DNA of 37,885 nucleotides from a virus (IMGVR_UViG_3300046787_000110:1-37885), one strand, 5' to 3'. Shown: positions 10,211-19,679, counted from the stretch's first letter. The notes: generated from the letters alone by a model not told the origin. Made by a program: numbers and translations.

Positions 10211-11767
10211 TTAAAATTGTCCAAAAAAGTACAGCTTGCCATTGGTTGTACCAATAGCAGAGGTGTCAAGCCATGTTGGAGGACTTGTTGTCCCGTTTGA
10301 CTGCAAAACTCTGCCTGCAACACCATAGTTACCGTTAAATGCCACAGCACCAACAGCGTTGATTGTCATTGAATCAGCAGAGTTATCGTTGGTCACCAAA
10401 CGCAATTCATGTGCTGTCTTTGTACCAATCACAAGATCAGAATCTGTTGAGTGCAGATAGACAGCATTAGGTAACTGGAAAGGCCCGACACCCGTGTAGG
10501 TCGAGCTATTCATACCGAAGTCACCATAGAACGTCGTTGCCGTTCCTTGGTCGTTAGAAACAATGTAGTCTACAGACGCACCTGAACCATTGTTCGTATT
10601 CTGAAGAATCTTCTGTGCATAACTGTTCACAGAAGTTGTGCTTGACTCAAAAATGTTTGTGTCAGTGTATGACAGCGTTCCGTAGCTGTATGCACCTGTT
10701 GTTGCTGTCGTGGAAATTGCTTTATTTGCAATAACCGTCGCACCAGTCACTGAGGTTGTCGCAGACAGTGATGTCCCTGCACTAATCGATGTGCCTGCAG
10801 TGATTGATGTCCCTGCGCCCACAGTCGTGGTGGAAGAAACTGCATTCCCAGAAACTGTTCCAGTCGCAGTAACGTTTGTTGTACCAAACGTGTTTGTCGC
10901 AGAATTGAACGTCAGATTAGCGTTGAATGTTGTCGCACCAACACCACTTTGGAAGGGAATCTGATACTGAGCACCACCAGCAATGTTTGTTGCAGATGTC
11001 GCGGCTGGTGCCGATACCCATGCAAACGCAGTTCCTGTCCATCCAAGAACAGTACCACCTGTTGATGGAACACCAATAAATGCCGTTGTACCTGATGCAG
11101 ATTGATAAACAACTTGGTTTGCACCACCACCAACTATGTTGGTTGCAGAACCTGCTGTTGTCGCTGTTGATGCTGAACCCGCTGTTGTAGCAAAACCTGC
11201 AGTAGCCGCACTACCCACCGACAAACTAGCTTGGCTCACAAACTGTGGTGCCGTGCCTGTGGACGTCAACACGTAGTCAAGCGCACCAATTGGAAGTGAT
11301 GTAGGTGCTGTACCGTTTGAGTAAACAATCGAACCCACTGCACCAATAGACGCGTAGGCTGGTGTTGTGCCGTTTGAGTACAACAAAGAACCCGCCGCGC
11401 CAAGTGCCGCAAACGCTGGCGCTGTGCCTGTCGAGTACACAATACCGCCGGCAGTGGGTGCTACTGAGTACGCTGGCGTTGTGCCGTTTGAGAACAGCAT
11501 GCGGCCTGCTGTGCCAAGGGTCAGGTATGTTGTTGTGCTTGGTGCGCTTTGGTATACAAGGGCACCTGCAGTGCCGCCGGGCAAGTTACCGGTTGCTGTC
11601 GAGGAGTCAGCAAGGGTCTTAACCAGACCGCCGCTGTCTTTAAAATACAGTTTACCGTCGTTGGTGTTTAGCGCCAACTCACCAGCAAGCAAGTTGCCGG
11701 CAGAGGGCACCGCCGCCGCGGTGGAACTGAAATAAAGTTGAATTGGTGTGAATCCCGCTTGTGCCAT
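10211..11767 (-). CDS. Tail fibre protein
   Basis: N-terminal PSAGNLLAGELALNTNDGKLYFK attachment-type motif and repeated G(A)AGxxLYSNGTTPAY fibre units. Confidence 0.75.
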   Translation of the reverse strand: MAQAGFTPIQLYFSSTAAAVPSAGNLLAGELALNTNDGKLYFKDSGGLVKTLADSSTATGNLPGGTAGALVYQSAPSTTTYLTLGTAGRMLFSNGTTPAYSVAPTAGGIVYSTGTAPAFAALGAAGSLLYSNGTTPAYASIGAVGSIVYSNGTAPTSLPIGALDYVLTSTGTAPQFVSQASLSVGSAATAGFATTAGSASTATTAGSATNIVGGGANQVVYQSASGTTAFIGVPSTGGTVLGWTGTAFAWVSAPAATSATNIAGGAQYQIPFQSGVGATTFNANLTFNSATNTFGTTNVTATGTVSGNAVSSTTTVGAGTSITAGTSISAGTSLSATTSVTGATVIANKAISTTATTGAYSYGTLSYTDTNIFESSTTSVNSYAQKILQNTNNGSGASVDYIVSNDQGTATTFYGDFGMNSSTYTGVGPFQLPNAVYLHSTDSDLVIGTKTAHELRLVTNDNSADSMTINAVGAVAFNGNYGVAGRVLQSNGTTSPPTWLDTSAIGTTNGKLYFFGQF

Positions 11768-11779
11768 ATTTATTTCTTC

Positions 11780-12820
11780 TTATCGGGTGTAGTAGGAAAC
11801 ATTCGGACGGAAGTAAATAGGAGACTTATCGCGGTCCTCTTCTTCGGCCGACAACGTTGCCTCTGCGGCATCTTGTTTCAGCATTTGAATTCGTGCAGGG
11901 TCAATACCGGGCAACAACTTGGCCAGACGGTGTGACAACTGGCCTTGGATGGCAGGCACCCAACGGTCTGGAATAGCAATCTCGTCAGTCAATCGACCAA
12001 CATCTTGTGGTTGCAACTCAATAATAAACTGGAACACTTGGAACGCGCTCTGGGGCACCGGCCACACGTTGATCTCAGGCGTAACCTGACGGTCCATCCA
12101 AAACTGCAACGCGCGCACACCGAGAAAATCTTTGTTGGGTAGGCTGAAGTAATCGTTGCGGTTCATCCGCGCCATAGGGATGTCTTGTTGGACAGAAGCC
12201 AACGACAACGCACGCACAACAACCGGTGTTGCGCCTGTGTTACGGAAGCGCCAGAAGCCCGCCGCAGGAGATCCGTCAATCTGCAGGTATCCCCAGTTAT
12301 TGACCGCGCTGTTGCTCACCGTGCCAACCGAGGCCCACGTAATGTCATCGTAGCTGTACTCAACAGTCAGCGTGGTGTTGGGAGTCTCGCAGTAGAAACC
12401 TGCGCTCAAGAAACGTGGGCTACCGCTGAAGTACGCTTTAGCAGACGCGCCAGCGGCGATGCTGTACGACAGGGCCAACGTGGTTGTGTTGAACACCTGT
12501 GTTGTGTCTGTTGTAGCAGACGGTGTGGTCAATGTGCGGTAGTTGGCCTCGCGAATATCCACAGTGCCCACAGGCAGTGTGTACGCGCGCTGTTGGGCCT
12601 CGCTACCCATCACAATGTATTCAAGCAACCACAGGTTCACACCGCGGTTTGACAGGTTGATCAGGATGTACCACAGCGCCTGACGGGCCGCGTTGATGTA
12701 CTCTGGCGTCAACTCCTCTGACAGCTTGCCCGCCTCTTTGTAGGCGAACGAGATCATCTGGTCGACCGAGATAGTCGTTTGACCAGTGGTGTTAGAGGTG
12801 TTGTCGTAGTTGCTTGCCAT
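11780..12820 (-). CDS. Putative head-tail connector/adaptor
   Basis: 346 aa; helical N-terminus (ARQALWYILINLSNRGVNLW), inserted beta domain, helical C-terminus. Position and architecture fit a podoviral gatekeeper. Inference. Confidence 0.5.
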   Translation of the reverse strand: MASNYDNTSNTTGQTTISVDQMISFAYKEAGKLSEELTPEYINAARQALWYILINLSNRGVNLWLLEYIVMGSEAQQRAYTLPVGTVDIREANYRTLTTPSATTDTTQVFNTTTLALSYSIAAGASAKAYFSGSPRFLSAGFYCETPNTTLTVEYSYDDITWASVGTVSNSAVNNWGYLQIDGSPAAGFWRFRNTGATPVVVRALSLASVQQDIPMARMNRNDYFSLPNKDFLGVRALQFWMDRQVTPEINVWPVPQSAFQVFQFIIELQPQDVGRLTDEIAIPDRWVPAIQGQLSHRLAKLLPGIDPARIQMLKQDAAEATLSAEEEDRDKSPIYFRPNVSYYTR

Positions 12821-12978
12821 TATTTTTTCTTAACGCGCTCTGGAAGTTTTTTCTGAGCAGGGCCGGCCTTAACAAATTCTTTTCCCACAGACTGCTTGAT
12901 GCCTACCTTCTTGGCAAACTCAGGGGAGTGCGCCACCCCCTGCATCAAACGTTCTTGGGACTTAGACTTGATGGGCAT
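12820..12978 (-). CDS. Small Lys-rich protein (52 aa)
   Basis: Read manually: MPIKSKSQERLMQGVAHSPEFAKKVGIKQSVGKEFVKAGPAQKKLPERVKKK; fills the gap exactly between flanking genes. Confidence 0.75.
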   Translation of the reverse strand: MPIKSKSQERLMQGVAHSPEFAKKVGIKQSVGKEFVKAGPAQKKLPERVKKK

Positions 12979-13281
12979 TTAGCAAGCGCCGCCCATGTTG
13001 TATTTTTCAACCGTCTTTTTGGGGCTTTTTGCCTTAGGTTGTTTGTCGTCGCTCTTAACGCCAATCAAACCACCGGCCTTGTACGTACGCACAGTGCCCT
13101 TCATCTTAGCGCGGCCGCCTTTTTTGAGCTTAGACAGGTCTGTCTTCTCGCCACCGTGGGCTTGCTCTTCGTGCATCTTGAACGCTTTTTTGACGACCTT
13201 CTTGTCCTGCGCCATGTCTGCGCCTTCGGACTCGTAGTCCTTCTTGGAGTGGTCAATACGGGGTTTGTAGTTAGTTGCCAT
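12979..13281 (-). CDS. Small Lys-rich protein with three xxxGG motifs
   Basis: 100 aa; contains LKKGG, YKAGG and YNMGG. Confidence 0.75.
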   Translation of the reverse strand: MATNYKPRIDHSKKDYESEGADMAQDKKVVKKAFKMHEEQAHGGEKTDLSKLKKGGRAKMKGTVRTYKAGGLIGVKSDDKQPKAKSPKKTVEKYNMGGAC

Positions 13282-13283
13282 GA

Positions 13284-13442
13284 TTATTTCCTTTTTGTCT
13301 TTGCAGAGTCCTTGAACGCCTGCGCTGTGGGTGCACCCTTGGTGCCGGGTTTTCTCATCGTCTCAACAGGAAGCCCTTTGGCTTTCTGGTTTTTAATTCG
13401 TTCTTGCTTTGCGTGGATGTTCGCGTACAGTCCGGGTTTCAT
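13284..13442 (-). CDS. Small basic protein (52 aa)
   Basis: Read manually: MKPGLYANIHAKQERIKNQKAKGLPVETMRKPGTKGAPTAQAFKDSAKTKRK; TGATG coupling to the upstream gene. Confidence 0.75.
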   Translation of the reverse strand: MKPGLYANIHAKQERIKNQKAKGLPVETMRKPGTKGAPTAQAFKDSAKTKRK

Positions 13443-13717
13443 CAGCAGTTCCAACTCTTCAAAGATGCTTTTGCACGTTCTGCTGGACCCTTGGCTTTAG
13501 CAACCACGCCTTCCATGCGCGCACAAAAACTGGCTTTACGCCCTGCATCCGCCTTGGTCTTAGGGTTGGGTGCAGGGGGCTTCAAATTTGAATTGTTCTT
13601 AGCGTTGTACTCAGCACGACCTTTAGCCGTCATGCCCGCACCTTTGTCAGTGGGGTTGTACGTCTTGTCTTTTCCGGTCGTTTTGCGGGGAATTGGTTTG
13701 TCGTGTGCTCGTGCCAT
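13442..13717 (-). CDS. Small basic phage protein
   Basis: 91 aa, Lys/Arg-rich (GMTAKGRAEYN...RKASFCARM); AGGAG RBS provided by the late motif. Confidence 0.8.
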   Translation of the reverse strand: MARAHDKPIPRKTTGKDKTYNPTDKGAGMTAKGRAEYNAKNNSNLKPPAPNPKTKADAGRKASFCARMEGVVAKAKGPAERAKASLKSWNC

Positions 13718-13727
13718 AGTCTTGCGC

Positions 13728-13767
13728 TCCTATAGATAATTACCCATAAAAAAGGGCTGTCATGCCC
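13728..13767 (-). promoter_or_regulatory. Putative phage late promoter, copy 2
   Basis: GGGC-ATGACAGCCCTTTTT-TATGGGTAATTATCTATAGGA on - strand. Confidence 0.7.
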
Positions 13768-13768
13768 T
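13748..13768 (-). terminator. Possible intrinsic terminator after the lysozyme gene, overlapping late motif 2
   Basis: AGGGC-ATGACA-GCCCT followed by a T-run on - strand; the stem is short. Confidence 0.45.
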
Positions 13769-14237
13769 ATTTTAGAAAGGCGGCTTCTGCAATTCGGCGT
13801 CTTGTTAATCCGGGTAAAACCCTGCCAGCGGCTTTATTCCATTTAACAATTTCTTGTCTAGCACCTTCCCAGTCTTTAGCTTCTACACGTTTGCGGAGGG
13901 TGGAAATACGGTAGTTTCCAAGGCCACAGTTATATGCAAAACTGATTAGCGCCGCAAGCTTGTTGGCGTCTGCTTCAAGAAGTTTAGGGGAGTAAGATAA
14001 TAAGCCAAGGCACTTGTTGAGTATCTCTCTGTTCAACGCGTTTTGTGCTTGTTGTTGGGTCCATACAGTGTCGTGTTTGACATCAGGTCCTGTTGTTCCC
14101 CAACCAATTGTCCAAGGCTCTTTTCCAGTGGCTGGGTCGGCGTATGCTTTACAGCCCCCGTCAGGCAGTCGTTTATGATAGCCTTCAAAAGGTTTTACTA
14201 GCGCTTCTCTTGAAATCTCGACCGCTTGTTCAATCAC
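13767..14237 (-). CDS. Endolysin, phage lysozyme (GH24/RrrD-like)
   Basis: FEG...AYADP...WTIGWG, ALISFAYNCG and WNKAAGRVLPGLTRRRIAE are characteristic GH24 muramidase motifs. Confidence 0.92.
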   Translation of the reverse strand: MIEQAVEISREALVKPFEGYHKRLPDGGCKAYADPATGKEPWTIGWGTTGPDVKHDTVWTQQQAQNALNREILNKCLGLLSYSPKLLEADANKLAALISFAYNCGLGNYRISTLRKRVEAKDWEGARQEIVKWNKAAGRVLPGLTRRRIAEAAFLK

Positions 14238-14716
14238 TGCCGATACTTTTCAATAGCCCTACCCACAAACCAAAATGTCAAGATCATAGAAAACAATCCA
14301 AAATCTTGTTCTGTCCATGTCTGCACAATCGTTTCGGCCATGTTTTGATTCAATGTGTATGAGATCCAAATAGTAGCCACTTTGACTGCGGTGTATAAAG
14401 CCATGAACCAAAATGTGATGCCCGGACGCACCGCCGCGGACATGGAAGCAACCCATTTCCACGCTTTAGCGTCTGCCTGCCCTTGTTGCTGAAAAGCCGC
14501 CTGAATTGCATCTAATGCCGCTGTGGAGTGATCTACATATTTTTCTTCTACACGAAACTCTCCGCGCATTTTCTCCAATTCTGTCTGGAGTGTAAACATG
14601 GCTAACTCGTGATTACGTTCACTAACTCGATCAAAAAATTTTAATACTTCAGGCGCGATTCTAAAAATACCCCCGATTAAGGCACCTAAAATACCGCTTC
14701 CAAAAAACTCTATCAC
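14234..14716 (-). CDS. Putative holin / lysis membrane protein
   Basis: Hydrophobic N-terminus, a coiled segment, then VRPGITFWFMALY... and ILTFWFVGR membrane segments; overlaps the lysozyme start. Confidence 0.6.
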   Translation of the reverse strand: MIEFFGSGILGALIGGIFRIAPEVLKFFDRVSERNHELAMFTLQTELEKMRGEFRVEEKYVDHSTAALDAIQAAFQQQGQADAKAWKWVASMSAAVRPGITFWFMALYTAVKVATIWISYTLNQNMAETIVQTWTEQDFGLFSMILTFWFVGRAIEKYRQ

Positions 14717-14949
14717 TTGTCTGCCTTATTGTCGAGTTTGTCAAATATCTTGTTCAGCATCTCTTTGATGTCAGCAACAGAGTCTTTGAAATCTTCACGA
14801 CGCACGAAGTCCTGATTGACTTCGCGGTTTAATTCTTTGACTTCAGTTTTCAGGTCTTTGATGGCGTCCCAGATCGTTTTCAAGATCCAACCTCCAAAAG
14901 CACCTGATAACGTAATAGCCGCGTTGAATAGGTCCTGCGAGTCCATCAT
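14713..14949 (-). CDS. Small membrane-anchored coiled-coil protein (lysis cassette)
   Basis: N-terminal hydrophobic stretch followed by a heptad-rich region. Confidence 0.6.
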   Translation of the reverse strand: MMDSQDLFNAAITLSGAFGGWILKTIWDAIKDLKTEVKELNREVNQDFVRREDFKDSVADIKEMLNKIFDKLDNKADK

Positions 14950-15230
14950 CCAACCTTCCAGTTTGTGCCGTCGGAATACACCGGTGTAGAAACTGAGCCA
15001 CCTCCAACAACAGTCGATCCGAAGGTCGGGGACAACGCGTTAGTAACAAATGCCCTTGCACCAACCCCAGAAGAGGTTGCGCTAGGCAATGTGGCTACTG
15101 TGTAAGTGGTACTACCTTGGAACAGCGCAATAGCGGCTTTCTTTGTAACACCGTCTTGAACAATAACCGTGACGTCGTTTACGTTTAAATACGTCGCTGG
15201 TGGTAGTTGGAGTATGCTTATGTCAGCCAT
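14946..15230 (-). CDS. Small virion protein
   Basis: 94 aa with fibre-like motifs YTVATLPSA and VYSDGTNWKVG. Confidence 0.6.
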   Translation of the reverse strand: MADISILQLPPATYLNVNDVTVIVQDGVTKKAAIALFQGSTTYTVATLPSATSSGVGARAFVTNALSPTFGSTVVGGGSVSTPVYSDGTNWKVG

Positions 15231-15233
15231 TTT

Positions 15234-15629
15234 TTATGCCTTGATGTCGCCGGGTGTTGGCGTACTGGACGTGTTGCCGTATGTCGCGGGGGTCAATGCG
15301 TTACCCAAACCGTCACCAAGCATGTTGGGACCTTGGTTGATATTGGCCACGTTGGGGGCGTTGGTGATAAGACCACCTTTGCCCTGAATAGCAACAGAGA
15401 CGTCAGGCCTCGGGTGCCTGAGTGTTATGTTCTCGGTTTGAATGGCGGCAAGGCGCCACGGGTCGAACTGATCCAAGTCGTCAGGGCATACCATGAGACC
15501 GGGAAAGTTAGGATCCGATTTGAGAAGCGTGTACGACATTTTGCGATTGCAACGATCGCAGACAGCGACGGACAGTACAGACTGTCCGCGCGTGTCACAA
15601 TAAGCACCGCCGTAGTAGGCGTTACCCAT
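15234..15629 (-). CDS. Hypothetical phage protein with a Cys cluster
   Basis: 131 aa; CDRC...LMVCPD; in operon. Confidence 0.7.
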   Translation of the reverse strand: MGNAYYGGAYCDTRGQSVLSVAVCDRCNRKMSYTLLKSDPNFPGLMVCPDDLDQFDPWRLAAIQTENITLRHPRPDVSVAIQGKGGLITNAPNVANINQGPNMLGDGLGNALTPATYGNTSSTPTPGDIKA

Positions 15630-15907
15630 TATCGAACTCCGGCTTGGATGACGGTGATCGTGGAGTTAGTGCCACCAGTTACCTGAATAGCCCGGAAAGG
15701 CTGATTCACGATAGGGCTGGCAGGCGCCGCAACCCAAGTCATCACTGGCGGCGTGGGGACTGGGTAGCCTTGCGCGTTCAGGGGGAATGGGTCTGTGTAT
15801 GAGATCTGCGCAGTACCGCCGCCGGTGACAACGTAAGAAACGTTGACTGGCGCCACGTACTGGTCGATTGGGACGAGAACGTCCGCTCCAACTGTTACTT
15901 GACGCAT
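15629..15907 (-). CDS. Hypothetical virion protein
   Basis: 92-aa beta-rich ORF with AAGGA RBS. Confidence 0.7.
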   Translation of the reverse strand: MRQVTVGADVLVPIDQYVAPVNVSYVVTGGGTAQISYTDPFPLNAQGYPVPTPPVMTWVAAPASPIVNQPFRAIQVTGGTNSTITVIQAGVR

Positions 15908-15915
15908 GTCAGTCC

Positions 15916-16362
15916 TTAGTTGTTAGTGTAGCCGTTGCCGACGGGTGTAATTGTGCCGTCAGGGTTACGTGGTGTGTACATCACAGACAACACGCCAATA
16001 GCACTGGCGCCGGCTGTGAAAGACACTGTTTTGTCTGTTGTGCCAATGTTGGCCAACAAAGCGGCTTGGCCTGCTGTCAACGTACCGGTGTTTACACCAG
16101 CGGCGTCAGACAAAGTAGCAACAGTTGTACCGCCCAAAGTCACGTTAGTGGCTGAAGGGGAACCTGCGGCTGTGGCCACGTAGCTTGTGAAAGAGTGAAC
16201 GATTGCGCCAGCGGGCAAAGTCAATGTAGCGGCTGTGCCACCAACAAAAGCGACTTGCTGTGTGCAGACGGAGGCGCCAGTGTTATCTGGGGCGATTGTG
16301 CCGTCGTTTGTGGGGTTGTTCCGCTTGAAAATGCGGATGGGGGTATTAAAAGTAGATGACAT
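15916..16362 (-). CDS. Putative minor capsid/virion protein
   Basis: 148 aa, Thr/Ala/Gly-rich; first gene after the capsid gene, with its own late motif. Confidence 0.65.
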   Translation of the reverse strand: MSSTFNTPIRIFKRNNPTNDGTIAPDNTGASVCTQQVAFVGGTAATLTLPAGAIVHSFTSYVATAAGSPSATNVTLGGTTVATLSDAAGVNTGTLTAGQAALLANIGTTDKTVSFTAGASAIGVLSVMYTPRNPDGTITPVGNGYTNN

Positions 16363-16376
16363 TTTTTAAGTACTTT

Positions 16377-16439
16377 CCATAGAAAGATTACAGCACTGTC
16401 TCTATGGCGTAGCCCGTGAGCCGTACGGGTTCAGTGCTG
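16377..16439 (-). ncRNA. Candidate structured 5' leader with a pseudoknot
   Basis: CAGCACTG/CAGTGCTG 8-bp stem enclosing a CCCGT/ACGGG hairpin; internal CCATAGA is complementary to downstream TCTATGG. Confidence 0.45.
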
Positions 16440-16447
16440 ATGAAGGC

Positions 16448-16487
16448 TCCTACATAGAATTACCCACATCCACAAACAAAAACGCCC
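16448..16487 (-). promoter_or_regulatory. Putative phage late promoter, copy 3
   Basis: GGGC-GTTTTTGTTTGTGGA-TGTGGGTAATTCTATGTAGGA on - strand. Confidence 0.7.
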
Positions 16488-16509
16488 TACCTTTTCAGGC
16501 AGGGCGTTT
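16474..16509 (-). terminator. Rho-independent terminator after the major capsid gene
   Basis: ACGCCCTGCCT-GAAA-AGGTAGGGCGT followed by TTTTGTTT on - strand. Confidence 0.85.
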
Positions 16510-16547
16510 AGGGTGCCGGGTTTCTTTACACCCGGCTAGGTCTGCAA

Positions 16548-17465
16548 TTACAAACCGATCGTGCCGTAAATGTTACGGGGATCGTGCCAGCCTGTAGCAT
16601 AACGCTCAGAGGCCTTGTAACGCATGCTGTCGGTCTCGAAGTCACCTTCAGAGCTACGCTCCAAAGGACGACGCATAACCAACATCAAACCGTTTTCAGC
16701 GTCGGTCTGAACGAACCAAGCCTTGCTAGAAGACAAACGAGTCACCACGTGGGCGCCGTTTGGCAACATGCCAGTAGACTTGATAGGGTTCAAATCGTTG
16801 TCTGCGCCACCGGAGCGGAGAACAGACTTCAAGATCACTTCTGCTTGGAATTCCAAGGCAGGAGGTACCACGAGTTGTTCCGCTTTGAGGCGAATACGCT
16901 TACCGTTGTTGTCCACTGCTGAACGAACTTGGATCAGAATCTGCTCAACAGATGTCTGTGACAAGGATGCCGCTGTAGACAATTGGTTGCTGAAAGAACG
17001 ACCTTGAGAGATGGGGTGATCACTTGCGACCAATGTTTTACCGTCGCCACCAACATAGCCGGCGGTGAACGCAAAGTTCAACAAGTTTGCACACAATGTC
17101 TCTTTTGTCTCGATCATGGACTGAGCCAAGTGCTTCGAGAAAGTCGAGCCGATACGAATGTGATCGCCGTCTTCCATCAAGACTTTGGTCATGGCGTATG
17201 CCAAACCATAGATCTTATAGATGAAACGGGTAATGAACAAAGTACCGCCTTGATCATACGAAACGGGTGTACCGTCAGGCATCTCAGGGGCTGTGTTCAT
17301 ACCGAACAACATCACTTCTTCGTGATAGTTACGGGGAATGCCGGTGATCTGGGTTACGAAACCCTTCCACTCGTCATCACGTTGCTGGTATACACCATCA
17401 AAGACTTCATTGAGGATAGGTTCGACTACCGCTCTAAAGTCCGTACTGCGCATTGGGGTTGCCAT
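16548..17465 (-). CDS. Major capsid protein
   Basis: 305 aa; size, position after the scaffold, strong RBS and downstream terminator fit. HK97-type motifs (LVVPPALEFQAEVIL, GDFETDSMRYKASERY, PRNIYG). Confidence 0.85.
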   Translation of the reverse strand: MATPMRSTDFRAVVEPILNEVFDGVYQQRDDEWKGFVTQITGIPRNYHEEVMLFGMNTAPEMPDGTPVSYDQGGTLFITRFIYKIYGLAYAMTKVLMEDGDHIRIGSTFSKHLAQSMIETKETLCANLLNFAFTAGYVGGDGKTLVASDHPISQGRSFSNQLSTAASLSQTSVEQILIQVRSAVDNNGKRIRLKAEQLVVPPALEFQAEVILKSVLRSGGADNDLNPIKSTGMLPNGAHVVTRLSSSKAWFVQTDAENGLMLVMRRPLERSSEGDFETDSMRYKASERYATGWHDPRNIYGTIGL

Positions 17466-17485
17466 GTGCTACTTCCTTTCTTTAG

Positions 17486-18085
17486 TTATTCGACGTTAGC
17501 GGCAACGAACGCGTCGTTGGCAAGCTTGACGTTAACGATAGTGGCATTGTCGCCCCAAGCGTTATCAATTTCACGACCAAGACCGACGATCTGCATCTGG
17601 GCTTGTGTACCAACGGCTACGTCTGTTGGATCCAGACCGGCTGTTGAGGTACCCAAACCACCGTTGCCGATGATCTGACCTGTAGAAGGTGTCAAGAAGT
17701 TGAATTCTTGGCCAACTTTCGTGTTAGCGATGCCAGCGTTAGCTTGAATCTCATACACGATTTCAGGGTCTTGGAAAATCCACATCACAACGTCAGTGGC
17801 TGTGCCCAAAGCGGGACCAAACCATTTGCTGACAGTGCGGCGGCCAGAGGCGTCTGTGTACTCAACGCCACCGAACACGCCAGCCAAACGCTGACCTGCT
17901 GTAGGCGCCGCAGTAGCGACGATAAGAGTTGATGTACCTGCAGTCGTAGCTTCATCAAAAGAGACAGGAGTACCGCTGTAGAACACGGCGCTGGTGTTAT
18001 AAGCACCAGTGTAGTTCAACGAACGGATAATGCCGCTAGGATGATATACGGGCTTCAGGCCAAAGGGAGTGTAAGTTGCACTCAT
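17486..18085 (-). CDS. Putative capsid decoration/cement protein
   Basis: 199 aa (PFGLKPV..., GVFGGVEYTD, DPEIVYEIQA), directly upstream of the capsid gene. Inference from position. Confidence 0.55.
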   Translation of the reverse strand: MSATYTPFGLKPVYHPSGIIRSLNYTGAYNTSAVFYSGTPVSFDEATTAGTSTLIVATAAPTAGQRLAGVFGGVEYTDASGRRTVSKWFGPALGTATDVVMWIFQDPEIVYEIQANAGIANTKVGQEFNFLTPSTGQIIGNGGLGTSTAGLDPTDVAVGTQAQMQIVGLGREIDNAWGDNATIVNVKLANDAFVAANVE

Positions 18086-18109
18086 TTATTGGTTCCTTAA
18101 AGTTGTTAA

Positions 18110-18661
18110 TTAAAACCGCAAGTGATGCGCGGCTCTATGTGCATCTTTTTCCATCTCCAAGAGTCCACCTTCCAAAATGGAACGTCCACCTTTACCACCT
18201 TCAGCTTGGGAGCGAACCTGCGCGGTAATGTTGCGCTGGTGTTCCAAAGGATCATCGTGGTGAAGCATTCGTGCCACTTCCTGATAAATGTCTTCCGGAA
18301 GCTTGAATAAGATCATCTCATTACAAGATATACAACCTTCAAACTTGCCCGAGCTCATCTTGCCTAAGTGTTCAAAGCCTTTTCCTAATTCGGCGGCTTT
18401 CACTGGCTCATAACCCAACGCGATGCGTTTGTCGATTGAATCATACTGGTTGGTTGTGGACAACCAGCAGAGGTGCATACCGGGCAATAACCCACCCGGT
18501 ACGTCCGGCAGTGCGTTGTTGGACCATTTGTCCCGAAAAGCCTCCAGCCTTTCACGCTTCACTGCTTCATCAGGCGAGGAAGCTTCGTTCCGCGCCTTCA
18601 GTTCATCTACGCGCCCTTGCAGGCGATCGTCTAAATCTCGTGTAATTCGATTGTTAGCCAT
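18110..18661 (-). CDS. Head-module hypothetical protein
   Basis: 183-aa ORF between the scaffold and capsid genes. Confidence 0.7.
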   Translation of the reverse strand: MANNRITRDLDDRLQGRVDELKARNEASSPDEAVKRERLEAFRDKWSNNALPDVPGGLLPGMHLCWLSTTNQYDSIDKRIALGYEPVKAAELGKGFEHLGKMSSGKFEGCISCNEMILFKLPEDIYQEVARMLHHDDPLEHQRNITAQVRSQAEGGKGGRSILEGGLLEMEKDAHRAAHHLRF

Positions 18662-18671
18662 GTCTTACCCC

Positions 18672-19679
18672 TTATTTCGTTACTCGGTTCTTGCGGTCAA
18701 AATCAGCGTAGCTACGGATTGCCTTGGCACGCTTGGCTGGGTCATCCCACATACCTGCGTCCTTGAGCGCCTGCACGCGGTCTCGGCTCAGTGTGAAGGT
18801 GTTCTTTACAGCACTACCACTCACATCCGTGCGACCACTTGAGGTTCCGCTACGGCGGTTACGATCACCACCGCCTGTTTTGCCCGTATACCGATGGGGT
18901 AAACGTTCTTTCAATCGATTGTCCAACTCGTCCCAGTACTCTGGGTCGGCTGGATCCCAACCTTCGCTTGCCAGCGCATTGTCAATCACCTTGGCAATGC
19001 GGCTGTCTGTATCTTTACCACTGGGGTCATACCAGCGGTTTGAATTCAACCATTCAGTAGCGTTTTGCTGAACCACCTCTGTTGCGGGGTTCGGCACGTT
19101 GTTACGCGGCTGTTTGGCCTCTTCCAACTGTTTCTGTTTGAGCATCTGCACTTGCGCCAACTTGTTCTTGGCGTTGTAGAACTGCTCCATGTATTCCATT
19201 TGCTCGGCCACGTTGCCTGCTTGCGCGGCCTGCGTTGCCTTCATCTTCGCATACTCTACGCGCGTGGACTCGTCTTCCAACAAGCGGTCGATCTGGGCAA
19301 ACTGGAATCCTACTGCGGCGTTTTCCACTTGGGCCAATCGGCGCTCAAGGGTCTCGTTGCGGCGTTCCAGTGCACTGATCTTATGCTTTGCACTAGCCTC
19401 ACGTTGCTTCGTCAGGTCCTTCTTTAGACGACGCTCTTCACGTCGTGCGGCACGAAGGGCCTCTCGGTCTTCTTCAGTCTCGTCGCCAGTCTCGCCACCC
19501 TCGGCAAAACTCTCGGCGTTACCACCCTCATCGTCGTTGTCTTGCGATGAGTCTTGATCATCAGAACCCTCAAACGGGTCTACATGATCTTCCATGGCCG
19601 CTAATGCGCTACCATCATCACGTTCTTTAATGGCGATGTCATCGCCAGCTTGCATCTCTGCTTTCATCACTGATTTCAT
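18672..19679 (-). CDS. Putative capsid scaffolding protein
   Basis: Acidic disordered N-terminus, long coiled coil, basic C-terminal helix; upstream of the capsid genes. Confidence 0.65.
   Translation of the reverse strand: MKSVMKAEMQAGDDIAIKERDDGSALAAMEDHVDPFEGSDDQDSSQDNDDEGGNAESFAEGGETGDETEEDREALRAARREERRLKKDLTKQREASAKHKISALERRNETLERRLAQVENAAVGFQFAQIDRLLEDESTRVEYAKMKATQAAQAGNVAEQMEYMEQFYNAKNKLAQVQMLKQKQLEEAKQPRNNVPNPATEVVQQNATEWLNSNRWYDPSGKDTDSRIAKVIDNALASEGWDPADPEYWDELDNRLKERLPHRYTGKTGGGDRNRRSGTSSGRTDVSGSAVKNTFTLSRDRVQALKDAGMWDDPAKRAKAIRSYADFDRKNRVTK

Noticed and set aside
10211-11767. Diversity-generating retroelement target (Mtd-like N-terminal motif)
   Set aside because: No reverse transcriptase or TR/VR pair is visible in the window.
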